DNA from: Macrostomum lignano | Taxonomy: Eukaryota | Length of the DNA: 64,000 bases | Reading direction: 5' to 3' | Assembly: GCA_002269645.1 (NCBI GenBank) | Contig: NIVC01000317.1 | Span: 310,001-374,000, forward strand | Part shown: piece after piece, positions 50,531-61,857 of the stretch | Layout of the letters: each line of letters begins with the position of its first letter | How positions within the stretch are numbered: position 1 is the first letter of the stretch | The notes under the pieces: generated by a model | What the model was told of the DNA's origin: nothing | Databases searched by the model: none | What the model saw: the letters and a program-made list of their open reading frames with translations, nothing else | Made by a program: the position numbers and the translations under genes

Positions 50531-51385
50531 TATATCAAAATGTAACGTGTCAATTGGCCCTTTGTCACAATGTTTCAAAATGTTTCACAACACAATGCTT
50601 CTTTCCGTGTCACGTCTGCACATTGCTATGTGGTATCACAAGAATTTAAATTTTTATTTATTAACGTCTAGCACTGCCATTTCTCCTGTATATATACATG
50701 TAAGCGCGTCTTTGCAACTCTGTATGGCATCCATATGTACATGACCTTTTAGTTTACCTTTTCATTTTGCTCTTTTCCAGAATGCGTTCTTCAACTGTGT
50801 TTTGCTTATATACAGCATCTGTGTCCAAGTGTGTTTTTGTGCCATTTGTAATATGACTTCACTTATGCCACTTCTATAAGTCTAGTGTACGTAAATACAG
50901 CGATTTGGCCTATCGGAAATTTAATACACCCTTAGGCCAATCAGGTCAATCGTTCGTTCGCTATTCAGAAACTAACCATGATTTGTTAATTTGTCACTAA
51001 ATTTGGCTTCTCACTAAAGATTTCCCGTCTAGATTAGTATAGTAATGGCGGCAAAACTGTATGTCTGCTGTCTGTCAGTAAAGTCAGTAATCTACTAGGT
51101 ATGTATGGAAATTGGTACATGTATTTGCATTAATACGAGCGTATATAAATACAGGGGTATCGTATTCCATGAAGATAGAATATATAAGGGTATCTTATTG
51201 CGTCTGAGAATGTTGTTCATTGTCAGTTTGTCAAGCGTCAAGAATACCTTACTAGTAACGTAGTAGTAATAAATTGTTAACAATTTCCTAGTGCACAGCC
51301 CAGCAGCATGGTATTCTCCAAACTCAGATGTGTGTCCGACAAACTTGCATGTGCATAACAGACGACATACACTTGCTTTTCAGAC

Positions 51386-52105
51386 ATGTCGAACGACCTA
51401 AGCCCTAGAGAAGTTAACTTCTCCGCCATCATGGATGACCTCCTTCGAGACGTGGCGCGAACTGTGTCGCCGACTTTTGTCGACCTGATCGGTTACCGGT
51501 CCTCAGCTGATTGGGCAGAGTCGCAGGATCCTATGTGTGACGCAGGTTCACCGTCTCTGTTTGACGACATTGAGCCGGCTGGCTCGACTGCGAACGACGC
51601 CAATGACGATCAGCTTCGCTACAACGCCGAGACGCAGCTCGGTTCGCCGTCTCTGTTTGACGAAATTGAGCCGGCTGGCTCGACTGCGAACGACGCCAAT
51701 GACGATCAGCCCGCGGCGCGAGACTACGAGCCGGCTGAGAACTTAAAGAAACTGCGCGCGGAGTATAACCGCCTGCCTGACCCGCCAAATCAAACGAATT
51801 ACGCTTGCGTACGCGTTGTTCGAAAACGGGCGGATCGGCAGGAGCTGGACCCGCACTGCTGCCCCGACTGTGAGGCATGGTTTTCTAATTTGTCGCCTCG
51901 TACAAAGCAGAGACGGCTGCAAGAGCACGGGCGGCACCGCAGTAACCAGCCTCACCAGAAGCGCGACCATAACTTTTTAAAAATTGAAATGCCTGACACT
52001 CAGCCAGAAGCGCTTTTTGAGGCCATGAGGTTAGGCAAGAGGCGCATGCGTCCACTGACGGGTGCTAGCGCCGGGCCGTCTAACACACGGGATAAGAAGC
52101 TGTAG
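51386..52105 (+). CDS. CtIP/Sae2 (RBBP8-like) C-terminal-domain protein, 239 aa, uninterrupted
   Basis: aa 138-206 NYACVRVVRKRADRQEL.PHCCPDCEAWF..LQEHGRHR..NFL..MPDTQ align without gaps to my recollection of the human CtIP C-terminus (VVRK, CxxC, RHR, NF, PxTQ); ttttcag acceptor just before the ATG. Confidence 0.75.
   Translation: MSNDLSPREVNFSAIMDDLLRDVARTVSPTFVDLIGYRSSADWAESQDPMCDAGSPSLFDDIEPAGSTANDANDDQLRYNAETQLGSPSLFDEIEPAGSTANDANDDQPAARDYEPAENLKKLRAEYNRLPDPPNQTNYACVRVVRKRADRQELDPHCCPDCEAWFSNLSPRTKQRRLQEHGRHRSNQPHQKRDHNFLKIEMPDTQPEALFEAMRLGKRRMRPLTGASAGPSNTRDKKL
51545..51710 (+). repeat. In-frame 70-bp duplication (period 96 bp) within the CtIP-like ORF
   Basis: GSPSLFD(D/E)IEPAGSTANDANDDQ twice; 2 nucleotide mismatches. 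Confidence 0.9.
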
Positions 52106-52959
52106 GCAGCATAGGCTGTACGTCACTGTTAATTAATTAAAAATATTGTACTGTAACTACTACTAGTAGTACTTCTAGTCGAGCCAGCCGGCTCAATGTC
52201 ATGAGTAGTGTAGCGAGTAGTAGTAGCGTTTCTCTTTGAGTATGGGCAGCTCCCAGCAGTAGCTTGCCGGCTTCCATGCCATCTCCGTCTCATAGCTAAA
52301 ATATATTTGCGTTGACTTGTCAGCGTCGATTGCACATATGCTAATGAAAGTAAGGAAGGATATTGAATTCCATTACGAAAAATCATTGCAGAATAATGGG
52401 AGAAGGAAAGAAGACTGACAGAATGAATTCCAAGAAGGACCACGAGAAGCGGGCCGAAAAAGAGAAGCGGAAAGATAAAGAGCAGCGGAAAGATAGACCT
52501 GATACTGACAATACTGGCCTTGTGAGAAAAGCTAGCCGTGTGATTCAGAACTATAAGAGCTAGTTAGTTGAGAAGCTGAGCATCCCACACAACACACTTG
52601 ATGAGACGAAGTTTTTTTCAATAAAAGCAGAATGACTCAGTATTGTCTGTAGCTTAAGAAGTAATTTGCAGTTTCCACTAGCTTGAAAAATCTTGCTGCA
52701 ATAGGAATTGAACGCCCACCCTGCCCAAACTCAATTGTGTCATGCTTAAGTAAGATTGAAAATCTGGCAGAGCATCAAGACAGCTCGCTTGTTTCTAAAA
52801 TTTTAAAATCGTTTCCACTCAGCGACATTCTGCTTTAAGCTCAGATTTACGAGAATCTGGTAAGCAAACTCAACCATCACATAAAATATAGAATATACTC
52901 GTAGAATAGATAATGTAGATTAATTAATTATATGTGGATTTTCTCCTTTGACAATCCTC

Positions 52960-53544
52960 TTAGCGCCAACTCGAATAATAGCAATTGAAAACCAAATGGA
53001 AGTTGACAACGCGGATGAGTACTGAAAAAGTTTAGAGCACCTGCTGCAGTCAATTTTCAAGAGCAACGAGTTGAGCAACGGGAAGGTGTGGGTTCGCAAA
53101 TACAACGCTATTGCAAAACTACCGTTTCCTATATCCACCAGCACGGGTGGCCTACCTAAAACCTCCAATGAAAAAGAAGCTCGAATCGCGGAACTGCTGA
53201 CGATGTTCCGCACCTCGTGCGAAGCTGTGGATGCTCGGGATCCATCGAATGAAGAATTCCGTACTGGTAGATTTACTATTCATGTTGTAAAGGATCAACT
53301 CATCCAGATCTTCAACAAGCTAAAGCGCCTTAATAACTATGGAGTCAAGTATGGCATCCAAGCAGGAGCAATTTACAACAATATGAAGCGTCCTCTCGAA
53401 GGATCAGTTCAAGGAACTAAAGACATCCACCCGCTTCAGCAATGCGTGTATCAACTTTCAAATGAAGCTTGCGAGTTTGGCGCAGGCACACCCACGCCTA
53501 CATGGGTGCACGCGATCACTGTATCAGATTCGGTCGTGCATTAA
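52960..53544 (+). pseudogene. Unknown ORF, weakly BEN-domain-like
   Basis: SLEHLLQSIFKSNELSNGKVW..VKDQLIQIFNKLKR; one in-frame stop upstream of ORF 53071. Confidence 0.3.
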
Positions 53545-53599
53545 CATCTGCCGAAGTCATGAAGAAGCTGGATGAAGAGGCAACGGAAGAGTTGTTGCG

Positions 53600-53750
53600 A
53601 CAACCTCAAATTTGAAAACTGCAGTATCTGTTTTTGGGGTGGGTGCTGTGAGCTATTGGTTGAATGAGACAGATGGCTTATTATAGGTTTGTGCATAATT
53701 GACAACAACCTCAAATTTGAAAACTGCAGCATGTTTTTGGGGTGGATGCT
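53600..53750 (+). repeat. About 46-bp direct repeat pair
   Basis: acaacctcaaatttgaaaactgcag..gtttttggggtgg.tgct at 53600 and 53705. Confidence 0.8.
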
Positions 53751-54150
53751 AAGGAGACATTATCATTCATTAATAACTATCTATTCTATTTGACATGGTA
53801 CGTTTTCTAGCGACTTGCACGAGTCACTTCTATTGGATGCTAAAATTAAAAAATTTTTGGCAGACATTTTGAGCAATTAAAATAATCTGGCCTCTTTTGT
53901 GCTCGCGAGAGGTCTTTTGTGTCTGAGAGTCTTTTGCGTTTTTTGTTACTAAATATAGATCCACGCAAGATAGGTGAGCCACTAGACTTGTACAATGGAA
54001 AGGGTCTTTTTAATACTAAAAGCACAATATCCAACTCCGTAAAAGACAAATCTACCTTTCATAGGAGAGGCAGGTGCAGCAGCAGGCTTTATCGCTACAA
54101 CAGTTAACGCAGCTCAACTCTGTAGATTACTTAAATTTATTTTTATAAAA

Positions 54151-54786
54151 ATGGCCTTCAATAAACCACTATTTCTTGGTTCTGCTATAGACATTCAGTT
54201 AGCAGTAACTAAATTGCCACCCATTTTCTCCACTGGAAAATATCCTGGCGAATTTTATATTCCAGGATATTCTTTCACTGGCCAAGGAACAAATTTAGAC
54301 AAGAGACTCAATCTAATTACAGACTGGCCTCAGTATGACAGTCTACCAATTAACCCAATAGATTGGACTGCTTACTATCATGACAAAAGCTATAGAGATG
54401 CTGAAAAGACGTCTTCAACTCCAGAGGAAGCCTTAGCAAAGAAGCACATTGCTGATGAAAAAATGATAACTTATTTAGAGTCTATTCCAACCAGTGACTT
54501 GTCTGTGAAAGAGAGACTCGTTCGAAATCTAGTAAAGCGTATTATCAAAGCTAAAGTTCGGTTTGGATTAGGCATTCATACTCACAACCCCAACAATTGT
54601 ATAGACTGTCTAAATATATACAGTGAGGGTCTTAGCTATAATGATGCAGTGAAATTGCATAGGGAATACAGAAAACCAAGACTGTTTAGAAAAATTAAAT
54701 TAAAGAGAGGAGGAGGGAAGAAGAGAGAAGAGAAGAGAAGAGAAAGGAGAATAAGTTGCCTTATCAATATGATCTTATCTATTTGA
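54151..54786 (+). CDS. Adintovirus/Maverick parvovirus-type phospholipase A2 (PLA2X) running into an integrase-like N-terminus; 3' end disrupted
   Basis: EFYIPGYSFTGQGT.L.KRL..PINPIDWTAYYHDKSY..ADEKM..KAKVRFGLG fits parvoviral PLA2 (DxxAxxHDxxY); LHREYRKPRLFRKIK resembles the Polinton integrase start. Confidence 0.75.
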   Translation: MAFNKPLFLGSAIDIQLAVTKLPPIFSTGKYPGEFYIPGYSFTGQGTNLDKRLNLITDWPQYDSLPINPIDWTAYYHDKSYRDAEKTSSTPEEALAKKHIADEKMITYLESIPTSDLSVKERLVRNLVKRIIKAKVRFGLGIHTHNPNNCIDCLNIYSEGLSYNDAVKLHREYRKPRLFRKIKLKRGGGKKREEKRRERRISCLINMILSI

Positions 54787-55699
54787 CCCCCAGCATGCGT
54801 AATCAATTTACACCATACCCTTTGCCAATTAGATCACCCACCCCATCTCTCATCCAATCAAATCAAATTTAAAAAATGTGGAAAATTGGCCACTCTAAAG
54901 TGTGGAATAATGACCGCAAAAGTGTGTTAATTTGACCGGTGTGTTGGGTAAAAATTCTTTTACAATGAATAAAAAATTAACATAGAATCCTAATTTTCTG
55001 AACAAAAAGCTTTATAAATATCAATAAAGCAATAAAAAAGGCACAACATATCAAAAGATAAACACTGGATCTGCCTCCTATCAAATGCAATAACAATTTT
55101 TGTGCTGAAAAAATGAAAACTTCCTATCTTTGTAGTGTATTTTTTTGGGAAAAAGTGCCTTCAAAACTTTTCTAAGAAACAAGGTTTCCCATCCTTTTAC
55201 TTAAGTCATCCTTGCTAAAATATTGCAGAGAAATGCAATGTGGTTTATGGCACACTTGGTTCCTTCATCTAGAATAAAGATTTCAAGCTGGCACAACTGT
55301 GCCACTCTGATTTTGGATCAGTAGCCACTTTTCTTGCAAAATATTCACTTTTTGCATCTTTTACTTTGAATGAAAGAAACACTATATGTTGATTGCCCAA
55401 ATTTTATTGCCCAAAAGTACTTTTCTGGTCCCTAGTTTATGAATTTGGGATTGGCACACACCTCCTATTCACTGTCATGTCACACAATCATAGCAACCAT
55501 TCCAGCAACTGGTATTTTTGCATTTCAGAATTTTAAATCCTTACAGCATCAAAGGCCAGCCTACAAGGTCATCAAAAAGTGATGGCACATACATAACTGG
55601 CAACTATTTATGTTATTTAACTATTTCTAGAGATGGCACAGTCAATTGAAAAAAAAATTAGTAACTGGAGTGGCTGCTGTGGATCCGTAAGTTAGCAAA

Positions 55700-56410
55700 C
55701 AATGCAGATGCTGAAGCTGTGAAAACTGTAGCAATTGCTATGAAAAATAGACTTAATAATAAGAAGGATTCAAATACTGGATACATTAGGAAGCTTAAAC
55801 ATACAACAATGTCACTAATGCTCCAAACAGAGGTGGACAATCAAACTATCATTAACACCCTCATTGGGTTCCTTAATTGGCAGAAGATTAGCAAAGGAAT
55901 TAAATACAAATTTACATGGACAAGAAAGACTAGCAATGCTGAAATTTTCTTTGGAGCTGCTGAGATGGAAGCTAAGTTAACTATTAATAGCTTTGAGATT
56001 TAGATCTTTTGCTATTACTTTGTTACCCAGTGCTGAAACAGCTTTTCTAAAATCACTCAATAAGGACATTACCGTATCATTTCTAGAGAGGATAATGGTT
56101 GCGCCACAACTCATCCAAGGAAGCCCATATACATGGAACATAGCCAACATTTCCAATATGCCACTTGCAATCTTTGTAGCTTTCAAATATGATGTAAACA
56201 ACCCATTATATATAGTTAATGATCACAAGTATGTGTCTAATGAGACTGGAGCAAATGTAGTAAAAATAACATAACTTCAAGTCAGATTAAATCAGGTGAT
56301 ATATCTATATGACTTTGTTGAAATTGATTTAGTAGCTCAAGTCCAGAAGCATAGACAATTATAGACAGGGGGAAATACGCCTATGACATTTAAAACATTT
56401 GTCAAGCTCT
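55700..56410 (+). pseudogene. Maverick/Polinton major capsid protein remnant
   Basis: NTGYIRK..LIGF..KGIKYKFTWTR..IFF..KLTIN; ITVSFLER..YTWNI..PLAIFVAF; LQVRLNQVIY; TFKTF. Confidence 0.65.
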
Positions 56411-56684
56411 TTGTTTTATTGTCATTTACTTATTACTAAAAACCATTTCAAAAGCCCATAAGTAATATATAAAAATAAACAGAGTTTTTAGATATTTTAT
56501 CAAAACAAAATAAAAAATGCAAAATGCAACTAATTTAAAAATTATAGCCTCTCAGGGAGACATAGGCCTATTTAATGACCAAATATAATTATATACTAAC
56601 CATACATGCCCAACACCTGTCTGACCTGTCCAAACTGGACTAATGAAATGGCCGCCAGCCAAGGTAAGTCGCAAAATTGAAAAT

Positions 56685-56815
56685 GCAAAAAAAAATTGGA
56701 AAAAAAGAAAGGAGAAGAGGAGAAAAAGAAAAGAAAGAAGAGAGAAAAGAGATAAGGAAAGAGGAGAGTGAAAGAGAAAGAGAAGAAAAGAGAAAAAGAC
56801 AAGAAAAGTCATACA
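56685..56815. repeat. Purine-rich low-complexity tract
   Basis: Almost pure A/G. Confidence 0.8.
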
Positions 56816-58229
56816 AAGTGAAAATTAAGTTGCAATCAGGGGAACTAAGCCCTAAGTCACAATTAAGAGGAACTAGGTCATAATCAGGACAAACTAAGTT
56901 GCAAATCTGGACAAAACTAAGTTGCACTGGATGGGTGAAATTTTGAGGTTGGGCATGTATGATACTAACTTACAGCTATAACAAATGAAAGTAGGCCTAT
57001 AACTATTAGTTCTAGTGACAATGTTAATATCCTATCTACAAGACTACAACTACAAGTTATAGGCCTAATTATAGGTTAACTTTCTATTACTTTACTAACT
57101 TACTATAGGCCTAGTTTGGCAAATAAGATACAGACTCATACTCAAAAGAGGTTAAAACTGGTTAAGATAGGCCCCTAAGAGGAATTGATAAGATAGAGAG
57201 AGCTTCCATTTCTATAAATTATCCTACTCTTAGTCTTCCCTTCAAAGCAATAAGAAATAGGTTTGCCTTGTGGCCACATTGGTCTGTGGCCACCTTGGTC
57301 TGTCACCTCTATACCTATGGCTATGCCACTAAGGTTATAATAGACATAACTGTTACAGTGTATGTAGTAGCTATCATTATTCTTATTCTTATTTCTTTGT
57401 GCTAAAAAACTAAATTAGATTTAATTCAAGTTCACATCGAAAACTTACCCTCGCTGAAAAGACATATGGCCGTATGAATAAAGTAAGACGTTGCTTAAAC
57501 TCAAGCATCGACTCCGGTCTGGATGAATAATTAAGTGAACAAGCAAGAGCTCGTGAGCATTTGCTCTTTATGTAAAGTAAAATAAATCTTTAATGACATA
57601 TTTTGATGTATCATTTGAATGTACTTTTTATAATGTATCCTGCGTCCTGGAAATTATTTATTAATTATTTTAGTCAGTGTTTATTCAGTAGTGGATTTCC
57701 TTTTCCGCGATACTTACTGTACGTACTTTATTACTATTGTTTTACTGTATGTTAATTCCTATCGTATTTGAAACGCGAATGCGCTTGTGTTTGAAGTGTT
57801 ATAGTAGGGTTGTCTAGGCGCCTAGTAGTTGTACAGTAGCCTAGTCGTTCCAGAATTCAAGTCCATCCAGTTTAAATGATAAATCTAATAACGTACTTTT
57901 ATTGCAAATAGTAGATTATACAAATAAATATTATGAATTAAATTAAGGCGCATTGCACCCACCAAGCAAGGACGCATTCATTCATCCGTCTGTCATCACA
58001 ACGAATATTGTTTAAATTGTTCGACCTTAAGAAGCTTATTTTACATTTAATTTATTCATACGGCCCATGGCCAAAGCGGCATTCCTTCGGTTAACGATCA
58101 CCTGAACAGTGACGATCACCTCAAACAGTGACGATCACCACTAAAAACAGTTGTAAGAAAACTTAAAACCCGACGGTGATTTCCAATGAAACGCAATCAA
58201 AAGTTGGCGAACTGAATTTGTTTATTTCA

Positions 58230-59230
58230 AAAGATGATCAGACTATCGTGCTTATATTTCACCTTCGGCTTCGGTTTACGATCACCCACACGTATATTGC
58301 CCATTGAAATGATCGTGAACCGAATTGCTGGCCGTAGGAAAGCGTATCAAATACGACAAATCTCAGTCTTGTCTCAGTCAATTTTAACTATAGCTTCGAT
58401 TGGTGGCAGCAAACTACCTTTCGTGATTTATATTATAGCATTGGGATTAATTATCGATTCGAGAGGGAACGCGACTCATCAAGAAATTATCGGTCGCACT
58501 CTATCAGACCATCTCAGGGTACCGCACTTCGGCTGGTGCAGAATAAGCAGTTTTGCCTTAGGCCCAAGCATCGCAGCTACGGCTAGTCAAAGTTATTTGT
58601 GATATCTGTCAGCGGAAATAGATTTCGCGAGCTAAGAGTTCGCGAACATTTAGCCCCAGTTAATCCGAGCCAGACGCTTAGTCATTACTGGTTAAAAGTC
58701 CAGGTGATTCATAGTCTGCCAGCTAGCCCAGTGGAAATCTAGAATCTTAGAGAGACAGATAGCCCAGTGGAAATCTAGAATCCTAGAGAGACAGATAGCC
58801 CAGTGGAAATCTAGAATCCTAGAGAGACAGATAGCCCAGTGGAAATCTAGAATCCTAGAGAGACAGATAGCCCAGTGGAAATCTAGATTCCTAGAGAGAC
58901 AGATAGCCCAATGGAAATCTAGATTCCTAGAGAGACAGATAGCCCAGTGGAAATCTAGAATCCTAGAGAGACAAATAGCCCAGGGGAATTCTAGGACGGG
59001 CGAGACGCTTAGCCCAATTCCGCTTAATTAGGACCAAATCGTTAGTCGGTGAGATGCTACTCGTTAGTAATAAGACACGAACTGGAGTTAATAAATCATC
59101 TTGCCAGTAACACGTCAAGTTTAATAAATTCAACGCCCGTTACATTTGGTGTTCAGCGATAGGATTAATAATTCGGGACAAGTTGTGATATAATTTAGGA
59201 CCGATTACAATTGGTGGCACCGTGTAGGAT
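58230..59230 (+). mobile_element. LTR-like segment ending ..cgttaca with two PBS-like motifs
   Basis: tggtgttcagcgataggat at 59147 and tggtggcaccgtgtaggat at 59212; internal tandem array as in the 21-kb LTR; left boundary uncertain. Confidence 0.5.
58725..58996 (+). repeat. 36-bp tandem array, 7 copies + partial
   Basis: agcccagtggaaatctagaatcctagagagacagat with period 36. Confidence 0.92.
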
Positions 59231-59529
59231 TTAAACAAGCCGTCAAATTTGCATAATTTTACACCTATTACAAATGTACATCATTTAAAAAATCTGTATC
59301 TGCCCTTAATTTTATGAGTTTTCAGTGAGACTCCCACCAGTACCGTAGCTAGGATTTTGGAATGAATCCTCTGATACTCTGCATCCTCTGCAACCTTGCC
59401 TCGGCGAAACTGCTGACCGATGAGCTGCCGTTATGCAGTCGCCAGCATGCACCGGGTCGTCAGCCTGAGCCGCACTGATGGCAGCCTGTCAGGTGGCAGT
59501 CTGTCTGGTATAAATACAAGACAGAAGGC

Positions 59530-60125
59530 AGGAAAGCATCACAAACCCGAAAAATCACAACTCCGAAAAGCGCCTTCCATCATAAACCCGAAATATCATA
59601 AACCAGAAATATCATAAACCCGAAATATCACAAACCCGAAATATCATAACTCCGAAAGTGTTAGAAACACACATAATAAACCCGAAATATCACAAACCCG
59701 AAATATCACAAACCCGAAATATCATAAACCCGAAATATCACAAACCCGAAATATCACAAACCCGAAATATCATAAACTCGAAATATCACAAACCCGAAAT
59801 ATCACAAACCCGAAATATCATAAACCCGAAATATCATAAACCCGAAATATCACAAACCCGAAATATCATAAACCCGAAATATCACAAACCCGAAATATCA
59901 CAAACCCGAAATATCATAAACCCGAAATATCACAAACCCGAAATATCACAAACCCGAAATGTCATAAACCCGAAATATCATAACTTCGAAAGTTCTGGCA
60001 ATGTCCAATACTATTTTGGTTTTCGGAGTTATGATATTTCGGGTTTATGATATTTCGGGTTCCAGCAATGTCCAATACTATTTTGGTTTTCGGTGTTATG
60101 ATATTTCGGGTTTATGATATAACTG
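59530..60125. repeat. 16-bp satellite (aaacccgaaatatcaY) with inverted units at the right end; foldback-like element
   Basis: About 25 direct units at 59577-59985; inverted tgatatttcgggttt units at 60020-60120. Confidence 0.85.
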
Positions 60126-60162
60126 CTAGTAAGTTAAGTTACTATTTCATTGATTGTGTCTA

Positions 60163-61600
60163 TCACATGATCTTATGCGCAAAAGAGTCCTTAGAAAGAT
60201 TCATTTCATCACTCATATTTTTCCGAAAAAAAGCAAGAAGTTGACTGCATAGGTTGACAAACTCGCGTAAAACCGCTTGCATATCCAATTCGTCAATACG
60301 ATTCTTGTGCATTTGCAGAAGAATGAAACTGTTGTACGTTTTCGCATTCATACTCCGCAGGTAATTACATGTAAGTCTTCACTCGCCTTTGGGCTGAGAA
60401 GGATCTCTCTGTTGTAGCTGTCTGATTCTGCTGCTCTTTTGCAATTTTGTCATGCAGAGTGGAAATCATAGGGACCCGCTAGCTTGACTCCTGGCAGACT
60501 TTCTTTCAAAAGTTTGTGCAGCATGCACAATTGCGCTAGCAGGTTGTCAAGCATCCAGGTCAACTGTATTAAAGCCATCAGCAGCGTCGCTGGAATAGAA
60601 TTCGGCGGTGTTCCATTGGCAGCTCCTATCAGTAGCCTCTCTATGTCGCTTAGTGTGTTATAGGTTCCCTGATCAAATCTGCCGTGCAGTTCCTGATTGA
60701 GGTCATCAATCACTATATATGTATAGTACTGCTGTCGATGGTCCTCCTCCACAGTCGCCGGATGAGTTGAATCCATGGCTGCTTTCTTGCTGCAGCCGAA
60801 TGGGAGCCCTAGCTGCGATCGCGAAACAATTTTGGCTCGATGCTGAATGCAGCCGCCCCCTCAACTGCAGCTTGATATCGCTCCAAGAACATCAGTCGCT
60901 CTCGCAACAATGCGTCCTTCCGGCACTGCTCACCAGTGACAAACTTTCTGTACTCTCTGCAGAGCTCTGCAAGGTTACAGCTAGATGCTCGGAAAGGGAG
61001 AAGATCTCTTCTAGCTGTGCATGTGCACATTCCAAAGTAAATTGGAGAATCTCAAAAGCGAATTTTTCAGGCCTAATGCCGTAGATCGAACCTCCCCGGG
61101 GGTTTCAGAGTCAGAAGCAATTTCGGATAGCCACTCGAACAGGAACACTGCTTGGTAGCTGCATAGCAGAGGCGCTACATGCTTTGCTTCAAACAGTCCA
61201 TCGAGTTGGACAAAGTACACAAATGCTAAAATCGGCATAATCATCTATTATTGCATCACAGATGACGCGAAACTGCATGTCCAAATTGCTTCGGGGAAGC
61301 TAAGAAACATGCATGGCTATATCTCTTGAATTGTACTAAAAGCTGCACAGATGATAATCGATTCTCCTTTGCGCACTTCTGTATAGGGTCAGCTGCACGC
61401 ATAATGATTTGCACAGTGAATTTTCAATGCCAGCGGTTGTTCTTTCCTGATGCGAGTGGCAGTGCCTGTCACGTACCCTTCCGCTCATGCTTGCTACGCC
61501 ATCTTACATGTAAGCTTGTCTTCTTAAATCATGCAGCAACAGTTAGGTTGCAGCTTAGTAGGACATTTTTCAGTGACGAAGTGACGGATTCATCATCTAT
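60163..61600 (-). pseudogene. hAT transposase remnant (ZMYM1-like C-terminal dimerisation type)
   Basis: GTATRIRKEQPLALKIHCANH; EVRSTALGLKNSLLRF; IDDLNQELHGRF; LLQMHKNRIDELDMQAVLREFV. Confidence 0.8.
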
Positions 61601-61857
61601 TCTGCATAATTCATACATACAATAGAGTGATACTTTATCTTTAGTTTAATTTTGACAACCCAACCTAAGGACACTGACAATCTACGAGCTACATGTCTCG
61701 TATCTACTCCTTAATTTGCAGCTAACATTTCGAGATTCATCAGCAATAAAAAAGTAGGACTTTTCCGAAATTTTGTCCACCAACATTGATCGAATGAGCT
61801 GGTGCGCCGTGACTTCCATCATTTCACTAATCATATCGGTGCACAAATACTTTCATC

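Noticed and set aside
55050-55600. Coding-looking minus-strand stretches
   Set aside because: Stops in all frames and no recognisable motif
56552-56927. Lys/Glu- and Phe/Ser-rich ORFs
   Set aside because: Products of a purine low-complexity tract
56601-56961. 14-bp inverted repeat catacatgcccaac suggesting a MITE
   Set aside because: Short, no TSD, low-complexity interior
59658-60050. 130-aa ORF of INPKYHKPEISQTRNI repeats
   Set aside because: Translation artefact of the 16-bp satellite
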